64,000 bases of DNA, from assembly GCA_039189765.1 (NCBI GenBank), contig JBCCYL010000021.1, positions 17,011 through 81,010 of the forward strand, in the 5' to 3' direction. A program made the position numbers and the translations under genes. The notes beneath the pieces are model-generated. The model worked only from the letters and a program-made list of their open reading frames with translations, was not told the origin of the DNA and did not search any database. Numbering within the stretch: position 1 is the stretch's first letter; every line of letters begins with the position of its first letter. The stretch comes from Cyanobacteria bacterium P01_F01_bin.150 (GTDB taxonomy: Bacteria; Cyanobacteriota; Cyanobacteriia; CAKZMO01). Shown here one piece after another: positions 41,058 through 51,464 of this stretch.

Positions 41058-43535
41058 ATGTTTGAACGCTTCACAGAGAAAGCCATTAAGGTGATAATGC
41101 TTGCCCAAGAGGAAGCCCGTCGCCTGGGACACAATTTCGTAGGCACGGAACAGATCCTCCTGGGTCTAATTGGAGAAGGCACTGGGGTGGCCGCCAAGGT
41201 ACTAAAGTCCATGGGGGTCAATCTTAAAGATGCTCGGATTGAGGTTGAGAAAATCATCGGTCGTGGTTCTGGGTTTGTGGCGGTTGAAATTCCGTTCACA
41301 CCAAGAGCAAAGAGGGTTTTGGAACTTTCTTTAGAGGAAGCCAGACAACTGGGCCATAATTACATTGGAACTGAACATCTATTGCTGGGTCTCATTCGTG
41401 AAGGTGAAGGAGTTGCCGCTCGCGTTTTAGAAAATCTTGGAGTTGACTTATCCAAGGTAAGGACTCAAGTGATTAGGATGTTGGGAGAGACTGCTGAGGT
41501 CCCATCGGGTGGTGGTCAAGGTCGAACCAAGACTCCAACGCTGGACGAATTTGGTTCAAATCTCACTCAGCTTGCAGGAGAGGGGAAGCTCGATCCTGTG
41601 GTAGGGCGTCAAAAAGAGATTGAGCGTGTTATCCAGATTTTGGGTCGTCGTACAAAGAATAATCCTGTTCTTATTGGTGAGCCTGGTGTCGGTAAGACCG
41701 CTATAGCTGAGGGGCTAGCACAACGCATTTCTACTGGAGACATTCCCGATATTCTCGAGGAAAAGCGCGTTGTTACCCTAGATATTGGCTTGTTGGTTGC
41801 AGGTACGAAATATCGTGGTGAATTCGAAGAGCGACTAAAGAAGATCATGGATGAAATTCGTCAAGCGGCGAATGTCATTTTAGTGATTGACGAAGTTCAC
41901 ACGTTGATAGGCGCTGGTGCGGCAGAGGGAGCCATCGATGCTGCTAACATCCTGAAACCCGCTTTGGCACGGGGTGAGTTGCAGTGTATAGGTGCAACTA
42001 CATTGGATGAATATCGTAAGCATATTGAACGAGATGCTGCTTTAGAGCGCCGTTTCCAGCCAGTGATGGTGGGTGAACCTTCTGTCGATGAGACCATTGA
42101 GATTTTGCATGGTCTTCGCGATCGCTATGAGCAGCATCACAAGCTCAAAATTTTAGATGAGGCGCTAGATGCTGCAGCCAAGCTGTCTGATCGATACATC
42201 TCTGATCGATATCTTCCCGACAAAGCTATTGACTTGATTGATGAGGCGGGATCTCGAGTTCGTCTGATTAATTCTCAGCTTCCTCCTGCCGCTAAGGAGT
42301 TAGACAAGGAGTTAAAAGGTCTTTTAAAAGATAAAGACGATGCAGTTCGTTCCCAGGACTTTGACAAAGCTGGTGAGCTGCGTGATCGAGAAATGGAAAT
42401 TAAGGCGGAAATCCGTGCAATTGCTCAAAGCAAGAAATCGGAAGAGGCAGAAGGCGGTGATAGTTTATCTCCTGTTGTCACGGAAGAAGACATCGCCCAA
42501 ATCGTTGCATCTTGGACTGGGGTACCTGTGCAGAAGCTAACAGAGTCCGAATCTGAGAAGCTTCTGCACATGGAGGATACCCTGCATCAGCGGTTAATTG
42601 GTCAAGAGGAAGCGGTGAAAGCTGTGTCTCGTGCCATTCGCCGTGCAAGGGTTGGCTTAAAGAATCCTAATCGCCCGATTGCAAGCTTCATCTTCTCTGG
42701 CCCAACTGGTGTTGGGAAGACGGAATTGACTAAGGCGCTGGCATCCTATTTCTTTGGCTCCGAAGAAGCCATGATTCGTTTGGATATGTCAGAGTACATG
42801 GAGCGCCATACCGTCTCTAAGCTGATTGGCTCTCCTCCTGGATATGTGGGCTATAACGAAGGAGGGCAGCTTACCGAAGCCGTTCGTCGTCGTCCTTACA
42901 CCGTTGTCTTGTTTGATGAAATTGAAAAGGCCCATCCTGATATTTTCAATATGCTTTTGCAGATATTGGAAGATGGTCGCTTAACTGATGCCAAGGGTAG
43001 AACGGTTGACTTCAAGAATACCTTGTTAATCATGACTTCTAACATTGGTTCGAAGGTCATCGAGAAGGGGGGTACTGGCCTAGGGTTCGAATTTTCTTCT
43101 GACAATGAAGCTGATGCTCAATACAATAGAATTCGTTCCTTGGTGAATGAAGAGTTGAAGCAGTACTTCCGTCCCGAGTTCTTGAACCGTCTTGATGAAA
43201 TCATTGTCTTCCGTCAATTGACTAAGGACGAGGTCAAAGAAATTTCTACCATTTTGCTCAAAGAAGTCTTTGGGCGATTGGATGAACAGGGTATTGCACT
43301 GGAAATCACTGAACGCTTTAAGGAGCGCCTCATTGAGGAGGGATACAACCCCAGCTATGGAGCAAGGCCATTACGTCGGGCTATTATGCGATTGCTTGAG
43401 GACTCTCTTGCGGAAGAAATTTTATCGGGTCGTATTCAGGATGGCGATACTGCCGTCGTAGACGTGGATGATGATGGCCAGGTGAAAGTATCGGCAGGTG
43501 AGAAGCGAGAGCTGTTGCCTCAAGGTGCAGAGTAA
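41058..43535 (+). CDS. clpC: ATP-dependent Clp protease ATP-binding subunit ClpC
   Basis: [19 protein letters not shown]; two AAA+ modules ([16 protein letters not shown]); UVR coil; LGF ClpP-docking loop. Confidence 0.99.
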   Translation: MFERFTEKAIKVIMLAQEEARRLGHNFVGTEQILLGLIGEGTGVAAKVLKSMGVNLKDARIEVEKIIGRGSGFVAVEIPFTPRAKRVLELSLEEARQLGHNYIGTEHLLLGLIREGEGVAARVLENLGVDLSKVRTQVIRMLGETAEVPSGGGQGRTKTPTLDEFGSNLTQLAGEGKLDPVVGRQKEIERVIQILGRRTKNNPVLIGEPGVGKTAIAEGLAQRISTGDIPDILEEKRVVTLDIGLLVAGTKYRGEFEERLKKIMDEIRQAANVILVIDEVHTLIGAGAAEGAIDAANILKPALARGELQCIGATTLDEYRKHIERDAALERRFQPVMVGEPSVDETIEILHGLRDRYEQHHKLKILDEALDAAAKLSDRYISDRYLPDKAIDLIDEAGSRVRLINSQLPPAAKELDKELKGLLKDKDDAVRSQDFDKAGELRDREMEIKAEIRAIAQSKKSEEAEGGDSLSPVVTEEDIAQIVASWTGVPVQKLTESESEKLLHMEDTLHQRLIGQEEAVKAVSRAIRRARVGLKNPNRPIASFIFSGPTGVGKTELTKALASYFFGSEEAMIRLDMSEYMERHTVSKLIGSPPGYVGYNEGGQLTEAVRRRPYTVVLFDEIEKAHPDIFNMLLQILEDGRLTDAKGRTVDFKNTLLIMTSNIGSKVIEKGGTGLGFEFSSDNEADAQYNRIRSLVNEELKQYFRPEFLNRLDEIIVFRQLTKDEVKEISTILLKEVFGRLDEQGIALEITERFKERLIEEGYNPSYGARPLRRAIMRLLEDSLAEEILSGRIQDGDTAVVDVDDDGQVKVSAGEKRELLPQGAE

Positions 43536-43603
43536 TAGCTGCTTGAGAATATACTTGCATACTGTCTCTGTCAAAGACTACGGATAGTTTATTCATCAGT
43601 ATG

Positions 43604-43632
43604 AAAGCGTGTACAATCAGTACACGCTTTTT
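43604..43632 (+). terminator. clpC intrinsic terminator
   Basis: AAAGCGTGTAC-AATCA-GTACACGCTTT followed by further T residues. Confidence 0.75.
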
Positions 43633-43654
43633 ATGTTTGATAGACAATAGAATT

Positions 43655-43688
43655 GGCAGGTGGTAAACACCACCCGCCTAAAGTTGAT
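43655..43688 (+). repeat. Dispersed palindromic element family A, copy 3 (shortened hairpin)
   Basis: GGCAGGTGGT-AAAC-ACCACCCGCC followed by TAAAGTTGAT. Confidence 0.75.
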
Positions 43689-43771
43689 CTCTATTTTTGA
43701 CAAGGGTTTGGTGCGTTTGTTCCTGTCGTGTGGATAAGCAATCGCACCCGAGCTGATGTAATCAATATCTC

Positions 43772-45142
43772 CTAGCCGATTTTTGTGGGTTTAGAGGGCT
43801 TAAGTTGAGGAGAACTTTGTTGAAGCAGTTCATCTATGGACTGTTCAGTATTAACCCGCTCAATATGTGCTCCTAACTTTTGGAGCTTTCCTTCAATATC
43901 CTCATAGCCTCGATCGAGATGATGTAACCCATGAATTTGAGTCATTCCTTGAGCTGCTAGACCTGCTAGCACTAAAGCGGCAGAGGCTCTTAAATCAGTG
44001 GCTAAAACTGGTGCACCAGATAGCATCGGCACGCCACTTACAACGGCAATATTGCCTTTTACCCTAATATTAGCTCCCATCCGATTTAGCTCGGCGACAT
44101 GGCGCAGGCGATTCTCAAAAACAGTTTCAGTAATGACGCTATTGCCATCGCTCAACGTCAGTAACGCCATAAATTGGGCTTGCATATCCGTTGGAAAACC
44201 GGGGAAGGGAAGAGTTTCGATATCAGTGCCAACCTGTCGCTGAGCAGGAATGACACGTACGCGATCGCGTTGTTCACTACGAACATCGATACCGATGGAC
44301 TTTAGCTTAGAGATCACTGCAGTCAGGTGTTCTGGAATCACAGGTGATAGCGAAAATTCTGATCTGGTAATTGCACCAGCAACCAAAAACGTTCCTGCTT
44401 CAATACGGTCTGGAACAATTGAATAATCTGTAGAGTGAAGCTTAGACACACCAGAAATAACAATGGTTTTAGTCCCAGCACCGCGAATTTTTGCTCCCAT
44501 TGAACGGCAAAAATTGGCAAGATCGACAACTTCAGGCTCTTGAGCTGCATTCTCAATGATGGTTTCGCCTTCAGCCAACGTTGCTGCCATCATTAGTGTT
44601 TCGGTAGCTCCTACACTCGGGCAATCCAAATAGATTCTTGCTCCAGTTAGACGCTTGCGAGTCCCCTTCACATAGGCATGAACAATTCCGTGATCAATAT
44701 GCACCTCTGCCCCTAGAGCACGCAAACCTCGCACATGTAAATCAACAGGCCTTGCTCCGATGGCACAACCACCTGGAAGCGGAACGCGAGCTTCCCCAAC
44801 CCGAGCCAAAATTGCACCAATGGTAAAGAAACTAGCCCGCAATTGGCTCACTAACTCATAAGGAGCTTTAGATTGGCCAATGATGTTTGCCTTAATAGTC
44901 AGACAATTTCCATTGTGCGAAAGAGACACTCCTAATGCCTGGATAATCTCCGCCATGCGGCCTACATCCGCAAGCGCGGGCACGTTTCTCAAATGAACAT
45001 CATCGGGACACAGTAACGCTGCTGCCATCAGTACCAAAGCCGAATTTTTGGCACCACTCACTTGGACATGTCCAGAGAGAGTATATCCACCCTGAATGTT
45101 CAGAACGGGTTCCTGAGCATCGGAAATGGCATTTTTGGGCAT
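43772..45142 (-). CDS. murA: UDP-N-acetylglucosamine 1-carboxyvinyltransferase (true start may be ATC at 45160)
   Basis: [57 protein letters not shown]. Confidence 0.98.
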   Translation of the reverse strand: MPKNAISDAQEPVLNIQGGYTLSGHVQVSGAKNSALVLMAAALLCPDDVHLRNVPALADVGRMAEIIQALGVSLSHNGNCLTIKANIIGQSKAPYELVSQLRASFFTIGAILARVGEARVPLPGGCAIGARPVDLHVRGLRALGAEVHIDHGIVHAYVKGTRKRLTGARIYLDCPSVGATETLMMAATLAEGETIIENAAQEPEVVDLANFCRSMGAKIRGAGTKTIVISGVSKLHSTDYSIVPDRIEAGTFLVAGAITRSEFSLSPVIPEHLTAVISKLKSIGIDVRSEQRDRVRVIPAQRQVGTDIETLPFPGFPTDMQAQFMALLTLSDGNSVITETVFENRLRHVAELNRMGANIRVKGNIAVVSGVPMLSGAPVLATDLRASAALVLAGLAAQGMTQIHGLHHLDRGYEDIEGKLQKLGAHIERVNTEQSIDELLQQSSPQLKPSKPTKIG

Positions 45143-45324
45143 TGAAAGAGGCTGATTGATAGGTCTGTCCTCCCAAGACTACTAAACTAGAATATTCTTA
45201 ACACAAATTAGTATTGGTATAGATTCTACCGGAAAGATTTCCGGGTTGATTTGGGAATTGAAGCTTTTACACAACTGTTGGGGGCCTATATTTATAAAAA
45301 TTATGGATTTTCCATTAGAAAAAC

Positions 45325-45408
45325 CATTCGGGTTTCGTGTTACAGCGAAACAACATCAACGGTAGTGTGGGGCACTCCGCGCCCCCACTCCGCGCCTAAA
45401 GTTGATAC
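45325..45408 (+). repeat. Dispersed palindromic element family A, copy 4 (two-hairpin form)
   Basis: CATTCGGGTTTC-N10-GAAAC, then GGTAGTGTGGGGCAC-TCC-GCGCCCCCACT, then CGCCTAAAGTTGATAC. Confidence 0.85.
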
Positions 45409-45568
45409 TCAAATCTGTCTGAGGCCTAAAATTGACTTAACAGACAAAGTAAGTGAAAATGATATTCCGATGGATCAAGGGCATGATGAAATTAGTGAAA
45501 GCATATCATCAGCATTGTGCATTAAGTGTATGCAGGACTTCAGTTTAAAGATTGAATTCTTGTTACTA

Positions 45569-45655
45569 GCGGAACTGGCGGAATTGGTAGACGCGCTAGA
45601 TTCAGGTTCTAGTGTCCGCTTTTTGGACATCCGGGTTCAAGTCCCGGGTTCCGCA
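45569..45655 (+). tRNA. trnL: tRNA-Leu (anticodon CAG)
   Basis: Acceptor GCGGAAC/GTTCCGC; D-loop GGAATTGGTAGAC; anticodon stem CTAGA-TTCAGGT-TCTAG; long variable arm; T-loop GGTTCAAGTCC; CCA not encoded. Confidence 0.97.
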
Positions 45656-45876
45656 TCATGTAGTACAGTTAGATTCTTTAGAAGCGGGATCTAATTATTG
45701 GGAGTTGCAGCTATGCGGTTGTCGCTGCTGAAGCTTTGCATCTAGTGATTACTAGGAAGAGTCTCTCACCAAATTTTTAATACTCCTGAGACTCATCGCA
45801 TCTTCCTCTGTAATCTTTTTGTGAGTTCTTAACTTTATGTTCAACTGGGTGGATAGCCAGAAGAGGCTCAGAAAAT

Positions 45877-46755
45877 ATGTTAACTAGTCTCCAAAATCCT
45901 CTGATCAAGAAATTTCGTAAGCTTCATCAATCCAAAGAGCGAAAACGTCAACGAATGTTTTTACTTGAAGGAACCCACATACTTATGGAAGCCTGTGCTA
46001 CAGGTGTTGCTATGAATTCTGTTTGCTTTACCCAGGCGTGGCAAGATACCCACACACATCTGATGGCTGATATTTCCTCTTTGGCTGACCGAATAGAGGT
46101 CGTCAGTGAAGCTGTATTAGCAGCGATCGCCACTACCGTTAATCCTGATGGGGTGGTGGCGATCGCAGATTCCGCCTGGTATGACCGCTTACATAATTCA
46201 TCCCAACGCTTAGAACAATTTGCTTGGCAGCTCACACATCCATTCTTAGGCATTGCAGTAGACAATCTCCAAGACCCAGGCAATTTAGGAACAATCATTC
46301 GAACATGTGCAGCAGTGGAAATTGATCAACTATGGCTAAGCACCAATGGTGTTGACCCAACTCATCCTAAAGTCCTTAGAGCTTCGGCAGGACAATGGTT
46401 TCGGGTACCAATGGCCGTTTCTTCTAATTTAGTAGATGCCCTAGCTACATCTCAATCTGTGCAATCAACGTCTTCGTTACAAGTCATTGCGACTTGTCCA
46501 GACACAGACATTTCCTATTGGGATATTGATTACAGTATTCCTTCCTTGATTCTAGTAGGCAATGAAGGTGGTGGTTTATCGATTACTCTAATGGAAAAAG
46601 CAACCCACAAGGTAAAAATTCCCCAAGCTCTCCATGTTGAATCGCTTAATGTCGCCATTGCCACAGCGTTAGTGCTATACGAGGCACGGCGACAGCGGCG
46701 GTACCATAGCTCTTTGCTGAAAAGCCTTAACAAATCAAGCGAAACTCATAAATGA
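45877..46755 (+). CDS. TrmH/SpoU-family RNA methyltransferase
   Basis: LTSLQNP, FLLEG, LQDPGNLGTIIRT, KVLRASAG, GNEGGGL, ESLNVA. Confidence 0.95.
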   Translation: MLTSLQNPLIKKFRKLHQSKERKRQRMFLLEGTHILMEACATGVAMNSVCFTQAWQDTHTHLMADISSLADRIEVVSEAVLAAIATTVNPDGVVAIADSAWYDRLHNSSQRLEQFAWQLTHPFLGIAVDNLQDPGNLGTIIRTCAAVEIDQLWLSTNGVDPTHPKVLRASAGQWFRVPMAVSSNLVDALATSQSVQSTSSLQVIATCPDTDISYWDIDYSIPSLILVGNEGGGLSITLMEKATHKVKIPQALHVESLNVAIATALVLYEARRQRRYHSSLLKSLNKSSETHK

Positions 46756-46871
46756 TTTTCAACAATCAATCATTATTCTCTAGATATGGGACATCTTGGG
46801 ATATTATTTGACTAAACTCAGCCCGTCGGAGTTCCAAACATTCGTCCACGCCCAATTCCCTAACAATAATT

Positions 46872-47951
46872 ATGGAAACCTTTGCTTTTCTTCAGATTGT
46901 TGCTCAACAATTTAATCCCATGTGTGAGTCTCTGCAAGAAACACCATCGTCTCCTTGCAGCTCATGGCTAAAGCCAATTAGAGCAACTCAATTTAAACAG
47001 AAGCTTAAGCGAAGAGTGGTTCAAAAGATGGTATCTACAACAATTGCTCTAGTCTCTATTCCTATGCTGGGAATATCGCCTGCCCTTGCAGGCATCTTAG
47101 GACCAAGGGAAATCTTACAGACTGGAGACAGTGGACCAGACGTTGGGGCTCTACAACGTCAATTACGTGAGTTGGGTCTGTATAGCGGAACTGTTACTGA
47201 GGTTTATGGCCCCCTCACAGAAGCGGCTGTTTCAGCGTATCAGCGGTCTGTGGGTCTAACGGCAGATGGTATATTCGGAGCACAAACCGACAGGGCTTTG
47301 TTTGATGGTATCTTGCCCCAAACAACATCCATTAGGACACAGGCGATTTCGACGAGTAGCGATCGCACCCTTCTTCTTGGTGAAAGACTCTTATCGTCCG
47401 GAAATCGAGGCTCCGATGTCCGAGAACTACAAACGCTCTTGAGAGATAATTTTGCGCCGTCAATAGTCCCGGATGGAATCTTTGGCAGCAATACTGAATC
47501 CGCTGTCAGAGACTTTCAGCGTCAGTATGGCCTAGACCCTGACGGAACAGTGGGAGATCAGACTTTAGGCACATTACGCGCGGTGTCTTCTGGTCAGTCA
47601 GCCTCTTCAATAACAACCCAGAATATAAATCGTTTTAATGTTGGCCAAAATAATACTAACCAAGCGACTCGGAACGCTTCAGTAATTAATAAGGGGCCTT
47701 ATATTGTGGTGGTTCCCGCCGATGATGATGATGATGAAAAATTAGCCTGGGTTCGGGAAACTCAGCCTCGTGCTTGCATGACGCGCTCCCGTCGAGGCAG
47801 CTATATTTTTGCTGGCGGGTTTGAACAGTTCAGTAGCGCAGAGACAATGCGGTTGGCCTTACGGGCAAATCGCCGTGAAAATGAAGCTCGAACGGATGCA
47901 CGAGTGGACTATCGGGGTGGGGACTTTGCAGTCGACTGCCTCTCATTGTAA
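46872..47951 (+). CDS. Peptidoglycan-binding domain protein (two PG_binding_1 repeats)
   Basis: GDSGPDVGALQRQL...YGPLTEAAVSAYQRSVGLTADGIFG and GSDVRELQ...DGIFGSNTESAVRDFQRQYGLDPDG. Confidence 0.88.
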   Translation: METFAFLQIVAQQFNPMCESLQETPSSPCSSWLKPIRATQFKQKLKRRVVQKMVSTTIALVSIPMLGISPALAGILGPREILQTGDSGPDVGALQRQLRELGLYSGTVTEVYGPLTEAAVSAYQRSVGLTADGIFGAQTDRALFDGILPQTTSIRTQAISTSSDRTLLLGERLLSSGNRGSDVRELQTLLRDNFAPSIVPDGIFGSNTESAVRDFQRQYGLDPDGTVGDQTLGTLRAVSSGQSASSITTQNINRFNVGQNNTNQATRNASVINKGPYIVVVPADDDDDEKLAWVRETQPRACMTRSRRGSYIFAGGFEQFSSAETMRLALRANRRENEARTDARVDYRGGDFAVDCLSL

Positions 47952-48033
47952 ATTTGATTTGGCTTTAATAGGGAGTGTGCTATCAAAGAGCTGCTATTGT
48001 TTGGGTAAGACGATAGTCGAAAATTTGTCGAGT

Positions 48034-49086
48034 TTATGATGATGAGTAGGTCTCATACTCATTTGCCTTAGTGTAATCTCCTACTGCGTAGCAAAGATTT
48101 CGCAGGTTAGACTGAATTCTAGTTACTAGCTGTCGGTTATTTTGCTGGAGTGCAACTGCTAGCTGTTGTTCATGGTAATTTAGAGCCTGATCGTAATTAC
48201 CCATAGCATCATGAAGAATGCCAAGGCTTTCCAGCGCTTGAACTTGATAACGAGGATTGTGTAACTGCTTGGCAACAGCGAGGCGCTGCTCATGTCGCTC
48301 GATCGCTTCTTTATGGTTGCCCATTGCGTAATAAGCACTGCCTAGGTTCTTAAGAATGTGAACCTCAGATCGCATATCGTCACGTAAACGTACGATATGC
48401 AGAAGGCGTTCATAGCATTTAATGGTTTTAGCGTATTGGCCAACAGCATGATAAGTGTTACCTAGATTGCGAAGGATTTGGCCTTCAAAGGGACAGTCTT
48501 TGATCTTTCTGGCTATCCTAAGGCTCTCTTCGTAACACACAATCGCCTGTTCACAGTTTCCCATTGCTTTGTAAATCATGCCCATGTTGCCTAGGGCAGT
48601 CGCTTCAGCTTGTACGTCCTCCAATTCTTGAGCGATCGCCACACTCTGCTGTTGATACGTCAGAGCCTTTTCGTAATCACGCAAGTGGCGATAAATGCTC
48701 CCCAGATTACTGAGCGCTTGTTGGAACGTTTGCTGATCCCCTATCTCTTCAGCAACTTGGCATGCATATTGAGAACAGGTCAATGCCTCATCATATTGTC
48801 CTAACGCATAGCGAGAAGAACCCATTTCGGCTAGAGTACGACATTCTCCCTCTACGTCTTCCAGTCGCTTAAACTGGGCGATCGCTTGTTGGAAGTAATC
48901 GATCGCCCTTGCAAAGTTCCGTTTTTGATGGAGATGAAGACCTACAGATAAGAAATAGCTGCCGGATGCAGAGTCTAAATCTTGATCCTTTGAAAGGATT
49001 CTCCAATCACCCGAACAGTGTTCTACTAATGGCAGAGATGTTTGATTATATGACGAAGGTACAAGCATCATTGATGGCGGTCCCAT
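48034..49086 (-). CDS. Tetratricopeptide repeat protein
   Basis: Repeated ~40-aa units, e.g. ALGNMGMIYKAMGNCEQAIVCYEESLRIA. Confidence 0.9.
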   Translation of the reverse strand: MGPPSMMLVPSSYNQTSLPLVEHCSGDWRILSKDQDLDSASGSYFLSVGLHLHQKRNFARAIDYFQQAIAQFKRLEDVEGECRTLAEMGSSRYALGQYDEALTCSQYACQVAEEIGDQQTFQQALSNLGSIYRHLRDYEKALTYQQQSVAIAQELEDVQAEATALGNMGMIYKAMGNCEQAIVCYEESLRIARKIKDCPFEGQILRNLGNTYHAVGQYAKTIKCYERLLHIVRLRDDMRSEVHILKNLGSAYYAMGNHKEAIERHEQRLAVAKQLHNPRYQVQALESLGILHDAMGNYDQALNYHEQQLAVALQQNNRQLVTRIQSNLRNLCYAVGDYTKANEYETYSSS

Positions 49087-49386
49087 GTGTGACGAAACGG
49101 AAATCAGGAAATTGGCTGAGACAGCAGCGAAATGACCAAAATGTCAAATTGTGCCATTTACACTACTCATATTTACCAAGGGTAAAATATCCGCATGTCT
49201 AGAGGCACCGTGCCTTTTCTAATATAGTATATGAATGTAGCTTATTTATCTTAAAGATTTAGTGTTAACACTTAATGAAACGATGTTCCCTGTTTAAAAA
49301 AATGATGAAGGCTAGAAATAGCTTGTTATTTCCTAATTCAGGTCAAAAACTTGAACTACGTATTTTTGACATTCCTATGTGTAAAA

Positions 49387-51462
49387 TTAATCAATATCTT
49401 TCCAGGCAGAGCCAACACCCTTAATGATGCCTCTGCCGATTAAGCCGATAGCTCGCCCAATAACATCTGTGAGTACATAAATTACTCCAGTCCCAACAGA
49501 GGCGATTGCACCTCTGAGGCGGGGAGAAAGGGCGTCACGAAATTCTAATAATAGGGTCATAAGCAGGGGAAAGCCCGATAACTGATCGAGTTCGGTTCGT
49601 CGCGATGTGTAAATATTAATTTGCTTAATTCCTAGGCCGCTAAGGATGAACAGAGGATAAGTACTCTCAAAAATAGCGGTTGGCTCTTCTACCAACTGTT
49701 TTCGTCGATAGTGCCAGGATAAGGTATTGCGAAACCGAGCGATGTCACGACTGGACATCAGTTGGCGCTGATAAAAATTTTGCTTGATCAACTCAACATC
49801 AGCCAAGTAGTTAAGTAATGGGTATATAACGCTATTACCCATTTGAATCACTAAATTGTCCAAGAGGACTTCTGCCCGTTCAATTGCTTCAGGAGTACCC
49901 AGACTGTATGGAACACCATCGATTTCTAAAGGAGATTTGAATAAAAAATGAGCCAATAGTTCCATGGCAAAGGGAATTTGGTCAAAGATTGCAACGTCTA
50001 CAGCTCTGGCATCCTGGCTTAAGATCGTCACTATTTCCTTCTCTACTTCATCTATTTGCAACACATAGTACTTACCAAAGTAATCGGTGAGAATAGATTG
50101 CCAGAGATCATAAAATAATTGCGATCGCCGCTCTTGGAGTTGCTGAGGCTGAACGTCAGAGTAGCGCAAATCATCCAGGAGCATCAATATCTTATGCAGA
50201 ATAAGAACTAAAAGTTCCCGTTTCTTTTCTTCTCGTAAAATGTCAATTTCCAGTGGATGCTCTGTTTGGTTGATTAATGGCGACTGGAGGCGATCTCGTA
50301 ATGCATCGAATAGTGTAGCCCTGACAGAGGTAGGATTCAAAGGAATAGAAGGTTCTGACGATATTACTGAAGACTGAGGGGCTGGTATGGGTAGCTGACG
50401 TGATTTGTTTGCTGGATTGTCGGCATTTGCTCGACGGGTAGGGAAAGCCGCTTGTTCTGACGTTACTTGATAGAGAGGCTGACGGGCAATGGCTAACAGT
50501 TGCTGTCGCCATTGCCCTAGAAAGCCTCCAGTTTTTCGACTATTACTGTTACGCTGTGTGGATTCAACTGGCCCATCGTCAGACGCATACATCATGGTCT
50601 GCTCAGGAAGAACAGTACCAGTGGGACGCATTTTTGCTGATAGTTCTGTTGCTTGACCCGCTGAGAGATTTGTGGATAAATACGGGTTGAAAAAGCTGTC
50701 GCTGGATTCTTGCCTACTCAGCGAATCTAATGAGGGAGTCGCCAGGATGCGATTCACAATCCAACGAGCAGTCTTTAATTCTCTACATCGCCCGGCCATA
50801 ACCCAGCGGTCCACAATAGATATGTCATATCCATCATCAACTCTTGCTCCAGTGACGTAAGGCAAGAGTTGGTTCAATTGATGATCAATTTGCTCTAACC
50901 CAGATAACCGTAACTGGAATCGCTGCTGAGCTAATGGTCCTTGCTTAGTATGGCTTCTTTTAATGCTGTATTCAGGCCATTGAAACTCACCAAATGCAGC
51001 GCGACGCAAGAGATGGAGTAAACACGCTTCGTCCCAAGTTTTACATCCATATCCGTCAGCATTTACTTGGCGCGCCGCTGCCATTGCGTCTTCATGTTCT
51101 GCCCCCACAACTACCACTCTCACTGTTGGGTCTACTGCTTTAATATCCCAACACCACTTCATTACAGTAGAATAGCGACGAGATTGAGAACCTCCGGAGA
51201 ATTGTAGCGGTCCACCCAATAAAACTAATAATTGAGAGCTGTTGCTTGCCTCCAGATATTTTGGAAGGCTTTCTAGGGCGACTACTCCATCGTCAATACT
51301 GTCAAGAACCTCAAAATCAGAGTATTGCCGTAACCATGCACTTACTCCGCTTCTAAAAATCTGATTATTATCCACAATCAATATGCGGATAACTGCTTTT
51401 TTAAGATCAGATTGCAGAGGTAAAGGCTCATTTTGAACCAATTCTTCATTAGAAGCCGACAT
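49387..51462 (-). CDS. DUF3685 (Ycf55-like) protein with N-terminal receiver-like domain
   Basis: IRILIVDNNQIFRSG; LEIDILREEKKRELL, RDIARFRN, EPTAIFES, LEFRDALSPRL, IGRAIGLIGRGI. Confidence 0.82.
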   Translation of the reverse strand: MSASNEELVQNEPLPLQSDLKKAVIRILIVDNNQIFRSGVSAWLRQYSDFEVLDSIDDGVVALESLPKYLEASNSSQLLVLLGGPLQFSGGSQSRRYSTVMKWCWDIKAVDPTVRVVVVGAEHEDAMAAARQVNADGYGCKTWDEACLLHLLRRAAFGEFQWPEYSIKRSHTKQGPLAQQRFQLRLSGLEQIDHQLNQLLPYVTGARVDDGYDISIVDRWVMAGRCRELKTARWIVNRILATPSLDSLSRQESSDSFFNPYLSTNLSAGQATELSAKMRPTGTVLPEQTMMYASDDGPVESTQRNSNSRKTGGFLGQWRQQLLAIARQPLYQVTSEQAAFPTRRANADNPANKSRQLPIPAPQSSVISSEPSIPLNPTSVRATLFDALRDRLQSPLINQTEHPLEIDILREEKKRELLVLILHKILMLLDDLRYSDVQPQQLQERRSQLFYDLWQSILTDYFGKYYVLQIDEVEKEIVTILSQDARAVDVAIFDQIPFAMELLAHFLFKSPLEIDGVPYSLGTPEAIERAEVLLDNLVIQMGNSVIYPLLNYLADVELIKQNFYQRQLMSSRDIARFRNTLSWHYRRKQLVEEPTAIFESTYPLFILSGLGIKQINIYTSRRTELDQLSGFPLLMTLLLEFRDALSPRLRGAIASVGTGVIYVLTDVIGRAIGLIGRGIIKGVGSAWKDID

Positions 51463-51464
51463 CG

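Noticed and set aside
45251..45694. 147-aa ORF between murA and the TrmH-family gene
   Set aside because: Runs through a repeat element and tRNA-Leu; spurious.
45656..45876. Integrative element at the tRNA-Leu 3' end
   Set aside because: No integrase and no duplicated tRNA 3' end seen in the window; a housekeeping gene follows.
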